Assembly: GCA_044869265.1 (NCBI GenBank)
Contig: JBIOXD010000094.1
Location: 905-64,904, forward strand
Length of the DNA stretch: 64,000 nucleotides
Source: Gemmatimonadales bacterium
Lineage (GTDB): Bacteria > Gemmatimonadota > Gemmatimonadetes > Gemmatimonadales > GWC2-71-9
Direction: 5' to 3'
The translations under genes were made by a program, and so were the position numbers. Each line of letters starts with the position of its first letter. The stretch's first letter is position 1. This document shows positions 11,331 through 18,883 of the stretch, in pieces. Below the pieces are notes generated by a model. It worked only from the letters and a program-made list of their open reading frames with translations. It searched no databases and was not told where the DNA came from.

Positions 11331-12407
11331 TCAATCTAACTGCACGCCGCGGCCGCCGCGGACCGCGTCGAGCACGCGCTGGACCCGCCACCCGTCCATG
11401 AACGTCGCCGGCTCCCCCTGCGGCGATTCACCGGCGATCACGCGAACCATATCGCGCAACAGCCGCACGAACGAGCGCGCCCACATGTTGTTCGGCTTCA
11501 CCTGTGCGACGAGATCATCGGGCGCCGAAATGTCTTCGAGTGGCCCGCCCGGCTTGCCGAGCTCTAGCTTCGTTTCACCGGTGAGCAACAAGGTTCCTTC
11601 ACTTCCCGTCACCTGGCCGAGATGTCCGACGCCATGATGGGCGGCCGCGCTGAGCGTGATCGTGGCCGCGACGCCGTTCGCCATGCGAAGCACGCAGCTG
11701 GTGAAGTCGTCACTCGTCACCGCCCGCGGAACGCCCGCCTCGTCGGCACGATGCTTCACGTAGACTTCGGCGAATCCCGCGACATAGGTGACTTCGCGCC
11801 CGGTCCAGAAGCGGCAGAGGTCGATGAGGTGCGATCCGACCGCCCCGAGAATCCCGCCACCGCGTGACCCGTCGAACCACCAGCTCCACGGCGCGTCGGT
11901 GGTCTGCGGCCGCCCGTCGCCGCGCAGATAGGGTTTCAACGCCAGCTCGATGTGGCGAACCTCGCCGATGGCATCGGACCGAATCAGCTCACGGGCCCGG
12001 CGCCGGTTGGGTTCGTAGCGTAATTCGTGGTCAATCCACGCGACACTGTCGGGATGCTGCTCGGATGCTGCCACCATTTGGGAGGCTCCGTAGACGTCGA
12101 TGGCCATCGGCTTTTCGCACAGGACGTGCTTTCCCGCTTCGAGCGCGGCGATGGCGTATCGCGCATGAGCGTCCGGCGTCGACGACACGACGACCAGATC
12201 CACGTCGGGCGACTGCGCCAGCTCGACGCCATCGTCGAACACTCGTGGAATTCCGAATTCGCGCGCGGCCGCGTCGGCGTTGGCGCGGTGGCCGCTGGCG
12301 ATCGCGCTGGCCTTCGCTCCCGGGACGAGTGCGAGCGCCGGCAACTGCACCCGGCGCGCGAAGCCCGTGCCGATGAAGCCGATCCGAACCGTGCCGGCCT
12401 CCTTCAC
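11331..12407 (-). CDS. Gfo/Idh/MocA family oxidoreductase
   Basis: Rossmann IGFIGTG, AGKHVLCEKP, GGGILGAVGSHLID. Confidence 0.93.
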   Translation of the reverse strand: MKEAGTVRIGFIGTGFARRVQLPALALVPGAKASAIASGHRANADAAAREFGIPRVFDDGVELAQSPDVDLVVVSSTPDAHARYAIAALEAGKHVLCEKPMAIDVYGASQMVAASEQHPDSVAWIDHELRYEPNRRRARELIRSDAIGEVRHIELALKPYLRGDGRPQTTDAPWSWWFDGSRGGGILGAVGSHLIDLCRFWTGREVTYVAGFAEVYVKHRADEAGVPRAVTSDDFTSCVLRMANGVAATITLSAAAHHGVGHLGQVTGSEGTLLLTGETKLELGKPGGPLEDISAPDDLVAQVKPNNMWARSFVRLLRDMVRVIAGESPQGEPATFMDGWRVQRVLDAVRGGRGVQLD

Positions 12408-12895
12408 CGCGCGTACCGGCAGGGAACCGTGTCGCTGGGTGGAGCGATCGGGACGTCCCGAAAATCAACCCACGCGCGTTGGCGAATTGCGTTTTCTATT
12501 CCGGATCCCACGATGTGTGTGGTGATCGCATCGCCGCTCCGCTCCACGTCGACCGAGCCGCTGTCGATCGCGAAGCCATGAGGGACCTCACGTACCAGAT
12601 AACGCACCGCCACCTGTGCACCGGGCACGGTAATGCTGTCGCCGGGCGCGGTGATTGTATAAGGACCCGCGATCAGACTGTCGCCATGGTGCAGCCGCAC
12701 AAGCACGCCCGTGCCCTGCGGGCTGACTGCTTCGAGTAACAACGCACGACCGTCGGTACAACGGCGGGTGGTAGCGGGCAAGGCGAAACGGATGGTGTCG
12801 CGCGGCGGAAACGCAACGGTGGCCTCCAATCGCAACGGCTCGTCGGCGGGTGAACGGCAAGCCGTCAACAACAACAGGGCCGGAACCCGTTTCAG
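12404..12895 (-). CDS. Hypothetical lipoprotein (probable CTG start at 12895; track start 12874)
   Basis: Extending to the CTG gives (M)KRVPALLLLTA-C, a complete lipoprotein signal, and a 4-nt overlap with the upstream stop. Confidence 0.65.
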   Translation of the reverse strand: MKRVPALLLLTACRSPADEPLRLEATVAFPPRDTIRFALPATTRRCTDGRALLLEAVSPQGTGVLVRLHHGDSLIAGPYTITAPGDSITVPGAQVAVRYLVREVPHGFAIDSGSVDVERSGDAITTHIVGSGIENAIRQRAWVDFRDVPIAPPSDTVPCRYAR

Positions 12896-13371
12896 CGAGC
12901 GGATGGCGCGACCCCCAGTGCGCTACGGGCGAACTCCGGACTCAGTGTATGCGGCGCCAGCGCCTGTATCAGTCCCGCCGGCAGGGGGCGTGGTTTGAGC
13001 CGTTTGCGATCGACGCATACCAACACCATCCACCCAGCGGCACCGAGTGCAGTGGTGTCGGCGCGCAGCACATCGAAGTGCAGCGTCAGCGACTTCGTGC
13101 CAACCCTACCGACGTACGCCGCGATCCGCAGACGGTCATCCAACCGGGCAGGCCAAAAAAACTCACTGTGAACGGCTTTGCGAGGAAGAAAAATGTCGTA
13201 GTCGTCGAACATGCGATTGTACGCGAGGCCGCAGTGGCGGAACATCTCGGTCTCGGCGATCTCGAATAGCCGCACGTACGAGCCGTAAAAAATGATTCCC
13301 GCAAAGTCCACGTCGGACCAGCGGACGTACTCTTCAATGACGAACGGTGTTGGCGGTGCGGGGGACCCCAT
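12892..13371 (-). CDS. Acyl-CoA thioesterase (4HBT/YbgC hotdog family)
   Basis: VRWSDVDFAGIIFYGSY..LFEIA, PARLDD, LVCVD. Confidence 0.9.
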   Translation of the reverse strand: MGSPAPPTPFVIEEYVRWSDVDFAGIIFYGSYVRLFEIAETEMFRHCGLAYNRMFDDYDIFLPRKAVHSEFFWPARLDDRLRIAAYVGRVGTKSLTLHFDVLRADTTALGAAGWMVLVCVDRKRLKPRPLPAGLIQALAPHTLSPEFARSALGVAPSAR

Positions 13372-13391
13372 CCGCCGGTGAAGCTAGACCG

Positions 13392-13820
13392 CTAGGGATT
13401 GGCGCGAAAGCCTTCCATACCGTAGGACTTCAGGCGCCGCCAGAGCGTCGTCCGGCTTATTCCCAGCCGGCGCGCGGTCTCGGCGAGCTTCCCGCTTGTG
13501 TCCTGGAGCGTGTCGGTGATCGCCTGGCGTTCGCGTTCGGCGAGCGTGAGAGAGCCGGCCGCCGGGAGGATGGCGGCTTCGCCGAGTGTCTGCGCGCCGT
13601 TCTTCAATGGAGCGAATCGAGCGCCAAGACCCTGGAGGAGATTCCGGACATCGCCGTTGCTTCCGTCGACGGCGCGTCGCGCGGATGCGTTGGCGTAGAG
13701 GACACGCCCCTGGGGATCGAACACGACGACGCCCTCACTCAGTGTGTCGATGACCGCGCGAACTAGTGGCGAGAAAGTGGCAGGTGCGCCGCCCGCAGGA
13801 TTGATTGGTTTATCGATCAT
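13392..13820 (-). CDS. Small PAS + Fis-type HTH protein
   Basis: PAS signature IDTLSEGVVVFDPQGRVLYANASA; HTH_8 TLAERERQAI..GKLAETARRLGISRTTLWRRLK; GAGGA Shine-Dalgarno before ATG 13820. Confidence 0.85.
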   Translation of the reverse strand: MIDKPINPAGGAPATFSPLVRAVIDTLSEGVVVFDPQGRVLYANASARRAVDGSNGDVRNLLQGLGARFAPLKNGAQTLGEAAILPAAGSLTLAERERQAITDTLQDTSGKLAETARRLGISRTTLWRRLKSYGMEGFRANP

Positions 13821-13969
13821 GGGTTGGTAATCCTCATACAATCGTAACCGGGGCAATGTTTCACATGTTGCCGCGGCGCCGTTAGGGTCGTGTCAAGTTG
13901 AGACTCGGATCGACCCCAAAAGGTTGCTCCCCCAGGGTGGTCTTGCGGTAGCTAGGGATTCTCCCATTA

Positions 13970-13985
13970 TTGACCCATCGGACAA
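13970..13985. promoter_or_regulatory. Putative TetR operator
   Basis: TTGACC-catc-GGACAA inverted repeat (1 mismatch), 2 nt before ATG 13988. Confidence 0.55.
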
Positions 13986-13987
13986 AC

Positions 13988-14482
13988 ATGCCCAAAGACT
14001 CCACTGCCACACGCTCCGGGATTCTAGCGGCCGCGGTCGACACACTGCGTCGCGGCGGAGTTGAGGCGTTTACGCTTGATGCGGTCGCCCGCCGCGCTGG
14101 AGTGGTGAAGGGCCTCGTCATCTACCATTACGCGTCACGCAGCCGATTGCTGCGAGCAGCCGCATCCCGAATGGCGGAAACGCGGACGGCGGCGATCACT
14201 CGCCTGTTCAGCACAGGCTTCTCGACGGCGGCTCTCGACGCCTGCTGGGAGGAGTTGCGCCGCCAGGCGGAAGACGGCACCGCCCGTGCCTGGCTGAGTT
14301 GCTGCGCCGCAGGGCTCATTGATCGATCGGTCAATAACGGAGGTTTTGAGGATGCGGCGCGCGACGCCTTGATCGACGGCTGCGCGACAGGCCTAGCGAC
14401 CGGGGTCCCGCTCGCCGATGTGCGGGATGCCTACGACGCGCTTTGGCTCGCCCTGTTGGAGGTAACCGAGAAGCAAGTCTAG
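13988..14482 (+). CDS. TetR family transcriptional regulator
   Basis: ILAAAVDTLRRGGVEAFTLDAVARRAGVVKGLVIYHY HTH. Confidence 0.9.
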   Translation: MPKDSTATRSGILAAAVDTLRRGGVEAFTLDAVARRAGVVKGLVIYHYASRSRLLRAAASRMAETRTAAITRLFSTGFSTAALDACWEELRRQAEDGTARAWLSCCAAGLIDRSVNNGGFEDAARDALIDGCATGLATGVPLADVRDAYDALWLALLEVTEKQV

Positions 14483-17040
14483 TGGCGCCGCGGCCTACGC
14501 CCGCCTCGCATCACGCGCGCTCGATGGCTCGCACCCAGGCCGCGCAGACCCTTCCTCAGCTCATCGAGCGAGCTGGCCCGCACCGCCTCGTGCTTTCCCC
14601 GGATCACCGTGAACCGAACCGGCCGGTCGAAGGTTGGCAGATCTCGTGGGTGCAGGCGGCGAGCCTGCCCCTCCTTTAGTCGCAGTCGAATCACGCCTCC
14701 TACACCCTGTTCGACGTCGTAGTCGACTGGGACGCGATCACCATAGAGAAAAACCGACGAGGGCAGGGAATCGAGCCGCGCGCGCTCACTCTCCGAAATC
14801 GCGCTGTCAGGATCGATGGCGATCCGGGTCGCGATAAAGTCGTCCCACGAATTCACGCGGTGCATCTGCTCCGCGAGCTGCTCCGCCAGTCTTTCGGCAC
14901 GAGCTTCGTTCAGCCGCCCACCCGAGCGCCGCCAGTAACGGCCGAAACGCTCCAGCGCACGCCGCACCTTCGCCTGATCCGGATGCGGCGTCTCTCCCGC
15001 CAGCAATGCCTCAACCAGTGCTGCTCGCGCGGCGTCGGCGAGCTCGTCAGGAAATGGACTGCGTAATGGCTCGACATCTCGATCGAGCGTGAAGCCGAAA
15101 TACTCTACGGTGTGAACGACCATCAGTCCCTCGCGACGTCGCTGGCGCTCGAAGGCAACCTCCGCCCCGCCCAGACGGGCGTTGCGGCGAACGGCCCGCT
15201 CGGGTATTTGCGTCCCTTCGATGCTGGCACGCGGCACGCCAAACCGATCCGCGAAATAGCGCAGCGTACCCGCTATCGCGCCCCAGCTACCGCAGACCGA
15301 GCTGCGACTCACCCGGGCCTCGCGGCCATCCGCGGTCTGCTCGTCGATCACAAGGTCAAATGGCATGATCTTGGCCAAAAGGTCAGCAAAAAGCTCCAGC
15401 GTTTTGCGATCCCCGTATGCCAACTTCGCAGGCAGGGGGACCTCGAGCTGTCGGTAGACCGAGGCCGTCCCTAACGCGATGTCCTCGATGGCTTTGACCA
15501 GAACGCCACGCTCCTCTGCCCAGCGCACGATGTCTTCCTCTCGGAAGAGATGGCGAGGGAGGCCGTACACCTCGCCGAGGTAACCGTGCTTGTTCACCGC
15601 CTCGGCGTAGACGTTGTACGCGGTGATGTGGTCGGACCCTGGCACGATGAGTCCACCAAGCTGACGCTCTTCGCGAGTCATGCGATGCAGCGACTCGATG
15701 TTGGACGCGACGGCGACAAGCGGGACGAGCTCCGGGCCGGCGTGGTAGAGCAACTCACCCCATGGGCGCTCGACCGGCATGGCCTCGACGTCGCGCCCGT
15801 AACTCGTTAACCTGCCATGCTCTACCAGCCCCCGCTCGGTAAGCAGGGCCACGCTGTCGCGATACGCTCGGCGGTCCAATGGGACCGGCAAGTCCAGTTC
15901 TGTCGCGTCTACGCCGATGGCAGCGCAGGTGATCGCCACCCGCTCGGCGTCCCCAGCCAGTTGGAACTCCGGAGCGGTGGGCCGCAGGTCCTCGAACGCG
16001 AGGTCGCGATCACTCAGGATATAGACCTCGCCCCGCTCGACGCGACCATGTACGCGACCTGCCATCTGCAATATCTCGTTGGCGCCCAAGTAAGCCCGCG
16101 TGAGCACGTTCTTGCCACGCTCGACCACGTTGGTGTAGCGCGCATCGTAGATCACCACCGTATCAAGGCCGCGAATATTGAGCGCCGACTGCCCCGCCGC
16201 GGTCATCGCCAGGAGGAACGGGCGTTTGACCAAACCGTCAAGAAACGGACGGATCACGCGGATTGGCTCCCCTCCGTGATAGAACGCCGTCGCCATGTTG
16301 GGCCACCGATCCCCCAGCTCGCCGGCGATCTGCTCCACCTCGGCGCGTGTCGGCACAAAGACCGCGACACCGCGGCGCTCCCGCATCACGCCCTTGATGA
16401 AGCGGTCGTTCAGGAACTCGAGCGGCTGCTCCGCCAAAACGTTGACCTGGGCTGCGCGCGCCGGATCGAACGCTCGCGTCTCCAGCACTTCGGCCGAGGC
16501 CAGGTAATCGGCATAGAAAGTCGGATCGACGGTCGCCGACAACCAAATGAATCGGCACTTGGCGCGCTTTCCCAAGGCAAGGCAGAGCTCCATCTCGGCG
16601 GAGGTTTGATGGATCTCGTCGACGACTAGGGTGTCGTGCGCGGTGATGAGACCGTCCTGAAACCAGCGCCGCGCGATCCCGGTGGTGACAATCACCACGT
16701 TCCACGTGGGTGTTTCGGGAGTGGCTTCCCGCTCCCGGTTGACGACACCCACTTTCAGCGGTGCCCGCAGGATGGTTTCCGCCATGCTGCGGATCGCGAG
16801 CGTTTTGCCTGTCCCCGTGCCGGCTACAATGCCGAATCCATGACCTGAGCCTGCGAGACGGCGGATGTCGTCGCCGTGCTCACGCTCGAGCAGCGTTTCC
16901 AGCCTGAGGCCGAGTGCTAGCTCGATCGTCTCGCACGCCGCCCGCGTGGGGGCGATGACTATGACGCGACCGGTAGGCGGTTCGGCTGCGAGGAATGCCT
17001 GGGGATCTGGAGGGAGAAAATGGTCGCGGGCGATGCGCAC
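14479..17040 (-). CDS. DExH-box (HrpA/HrpB-like) helicase with atypical motif order
   Basis: GTGTGKT, TTG, DEIH, LSAT, VFVPT, QSALNI, QMAGRVHGR, LTSYGRDVEAMPV. Confidence 0.85.
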   Translation of the reverse strand: MRIARDHFLPPDPQAFLAAEPPTGRVIVIAPTRAACETIELALGLRLETLLEREHGDDIRRLAGSGHGFGIVAGTGTGKTLAIRSMAETILRAPLKVGVVNREREATPETPTWNVVIVTTGIARRWFQDGLITAHDTLVVDEIHQTSAEMELCLALGKRAKCRFIWLSATVDPTFYADYLASAEVLETRAFDPARAAQVNVLAEQPLEFLNDRFIKGVMRERRGVAVFVPTRAEVEQIAGELGDRWPNMATAFYHGGEPIRVIRPFLDGLVKRPFLLAMTAAGQSALNIRGLDTVVIYDARYTNVVERGKNVLTRAYLGANEILQMAGRVHGRVERGEVYILSDRDLAFEDLRPTAPEFQLAGDAERVAITCAAIGVDATELDLPVPLDRRAYRDSVALLTERGLVEHGRLTSYGRDVEAMPVERPWGELLYHAGPELVPLVAVASNIESLHRMTREERQLGGLIVPGSDHITAYNVYAEAVNKHGYLGEVYGLPRHLFREEDIVRWAEERGVLVKAIEDIALGTASVYRQLEVPLPAKLAYGDRKTLELFADLLAKIMPFDLVIDEQTADGREARVSRSSVCGSWGAIAGTLRYFADRFGVPRASIEGTQIPERAVRRNARLGGAEVAFERQRRREGLMVVHTVEYFGFTLDRDVEPLRSPFPDELADAARAALVEALLAGETPHPDQAKVRRALERFGRYWRRSGGRLNEARAERLAEQLAEQMHRVNSWDDFIATRIAIDPDSAISESERARLDSLPSSVFLYGDRVPVDYDVEQGVGGVIRLRLKEGQARRLHPRDLPTFDRPVRFTVIRGKHEAVRASSLDELRKGLRGLGASHRARVMRGGRRPRRH

Positions 17041-17056
17041 CGTTGGAATATAGAGG

Positions 17057-17102
17057 CCTCACCCTCCCCCTCCTCGACATCGAAAGAGGGGGAGGTGCGA
17101 GG
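17057..17102. terminator. GC-rich hairpin (terminator or REP-like element) after the small secreted gene
   Basis: CCTCCCCCTC (17063-72) pairs with GAGGGGGAGG (17086-95), extended by CCTC/GAGG; no clear U-tract. Confidence 0.55.
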
Positions 17103-17104
17103 GG

Positions 17105-17383
17105 TTACCAATCGCGATGACGATGATAGCGGCGCACGTGGTGACGGTGCCGTCGAACGACGACGACGCGCGGCTCCTCCACAACGATCAGCGGCGCGCG
17201 ATGATAATACGAGTGGTAGCGGTACGGGTGAGCGTGTCGATGATAGTAGGGACGGCCGATGACGACCTGACCCGCGACGTATGGGCTTCCAAAGCTGAGC
17301 GAGACCCCGACGCGGGTTTGGGCCACCGAAACACCAGCCGTAAGCCCGAACAGCAATCCAACAAGAATGAGTGTGCGTTTCAT
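17105..17383 (-). CDS. Small secreted His/Arg/Tyr-rich protein
   Basis: Strong Shine-Dalgarno (GGGAGGT), signal peptide MKRTLILVGLLFGLTAGVSVA-Q, low-complexity basic tail. Confidence 0.8.
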   Translation of the reverse strand: MKRTLILVGLLFGLTAGVSVAQTRVGVSLSFGSPYVAGQVVIGRPYYHRHAHPYRYHSYYHRAPLIVVEEPRVVVVRRHRHHVRRYHRHRDW

Positions 17384-17408
17384 GGTTACCTCCCTTGGAC
17401 GCTCTCTG

Positions 17409-17495
17409 GGAAAGAGGCATGCCAGGAGGTAAACGTCGCGCCTATAGCATGTTAGCTGGCTGCGGGGATGTGCGGCTGTCCGTCCTGGGCGACAG
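17409..17495 (-). promoter_or_regulatory. Possible sigma54-like promoter with upstream palindrome
   Basis: TGGCATGCCTCTTTCC (good -24 element, non-canonical -12 TC) and CTGTC-N10-GACAG at 17476-17495. Confidence 0.3.
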
Positions 17496-17517
17496 TTGTC
17501 CGTTCAGTCGCGCGGCC

Positions 17518-18585
17518 TCAGTCTCCGAAGCTGGTACCCAGGTCACGGGCGGTCGCGATCGTGTCGGAGTCCAGGGAGACACGCCGCGGAGTCGCAACCG
17601 CATCGGCGATGGGCACGGGCACGATGCGCGGCGGTTGCAGCGCCACCATCATCCCGAACTTTTGTTCCGCGACGAGTCGAATCGCCCCGGCGCCGAATCT
17701 CAGCCCGAGGAGGCGGTCGAAGGTGGTCGGACTGCCGCCGCGCTGAAGATGTCCGAGGACCAGGGAGCGGGTTTCTTTTCCCGTCATTTCTTCGATCGAG
17801 TGCGCCACTTTGTCGGCGATTCCCCCCAGCCGGGCATGCTCGGGGTCGATCAGCGACACCGTGCCGCCCTTCGGGACCGCGCCTTCCGCAACGACCACGA
17901 TGCTGAAGTGGCGGCCCTCCGCTTCGCGTCTGCGGATCTTGTCGCACACCTTGTTGATGTCGAAGGGGATCTCGGGAATGAGAATGATGTCGGCCGACCC
18001 AGCGAGGCCGGCGCTGAGCGCGATGAATCCCGCGTGCCGGCCCATCACTTCGACTACCATGACCCGTTCGTGACTCTCCGCCGTCGTGTGAAGCTTGTCG
18101 ATCGCATCGGTGGCGATCGACACCGCCGTATCGTAACCGAACGTCGTCACGGTGCCGCCGACATCGTTATCGATCGTTTTCGGAACGCCGACGACGGGAA
18201 GTCCTTTCTTACAGAGCTCAAGCGCGATTCCTAACGTGCCGTCGCCGCCGATCGTGATAAGCGCATCGAGACGATTGGCCCGAAACGCGTCGAATAGCTC
18301 CTGGCTGCGATCGCGCTCTTCCCAGGACCCGTCCGGGCGTTGCACACGCCATTTCAGTGGATTTCCGCGATTCGATGTTCCGAGAATGGTGCCGCCGAGA
18401 TGGGTGATACCGCGGACCTCATTGGGGCCCAGCGGCATCAGGTCGGATTCACCAAGCAAGCTGCCAAAGCCCCGTCGGACGCCGAAACACTCCCACCCGC
18501 GGTGCACCGCCGTGAGGACGGCGGCGCGGATGACGGCGTTGAGCCCCGGCGCGTCGCCGCCGCCGGTGGAGATCGCGATTCTCAC
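17518..18585 (-). CDS. pfkA: 6-phosphofructokinase
   Basis: TGGGDAPGLNAVIR, GGTILGT, IGGDGT, PKTIDND, EVMGR, LGHLQRGG. Confidence 0.96.
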   Translation of the reverse strand: MRIAISTGGGDAPGLNAVIRAAVLTAVHRGWECFGVRRGFGSLLGESDLMPLGPNEVRGITHLGGTILGTSNRGNPLKWRVQRPDGSWEERDRSQELFDAFRANRLDALITIGGDGTLGIALELCKKGLPVVGVPKTIDNDVGGTVTTFGYDTAVSIATDAIDKLHTTAESHERVMVVEVMGRHAGFIALSAGLAGSADIILIPEIPFDINKVCDKIRRREAEGRHFSIVVVAEGAVPKGGTVSLIDPEHARLGGIADKVAHSIEEMTGKETRSLVLGHLQRGGSPTTFDRLLGLRFGAGAIRLVAEQKFGMMVALQPPRIVPVPIADAVATPRRVSLDSDTIATARDLGTSFGD

Positions 18586-18821
18586 TTCTTCCCGGCGACC
18601 ACCTCGCGGATCAAACGCAGCACCTCGCCCGCCTCGGCGTGGCGCCTGGAGGATTTCTTGGAGAACACACGCTTGCCGTCGAGATCCACTTCGAAGACAC
18701 CGCCGGAGGATTGCACCAGCCGGATCTCAGCGTGCGGGTAGGCATTCCGGATTTCGGCCGCCAGACCGGTGGCCCGTGGCTCGTAGTTTCAGACGACGCA
18801 GAATTCGATCGTGACGGTCAT
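18582..18821 (-). CDS. Rdx/SelW/SelT-family selenoprotein, 79 aa (not in the ORF track)
   Basis: Manual translation MTVTIEFCVV-U-NYEPRATGLAAEIRNAYPHAEIRLVQSSGGVFEVDLDGKRVFSKKSSRRHAEAGEVLRLIREVVAGKK; in-frame TGA at 18791-18789 in the CxxU motif; family motif GGxFEV..DG..VFSK. Confidence 0.92.
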
Positions 18822-18841
18822 GGCGTAAACGATAGTCGCGC

Positions 18842-18870
18842 TTGACACACCGCGCCACGGCGCCGACTTT
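18842..18870 (+). promoter_or_regulatory. Possible sigma70 promoter for the chemoreceptor gene
   Basis: TTGACA-17 nt-GACTTT shortly before ATG 18884. Confidence 0.35.
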
Positions 18871-18883
18871 GCGCGACACGCTC

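Noticed and set aside
4457-17040. Two helicases plus patatin as an anti-phage defence island
   Set aside because: Interspersed with housekeeping genes (ispH, thioesterase), host-like composition, and no nuclease, cyclase or mobility genes.
18789-18791. In-frame TGA as a pseudogene lesion
   Set aside because: It falls exactly at the CxxU redox position, the downstream frame is intact to a coupled stop, and a hairpin follows; selenocysteine is the more parsimonious reading.
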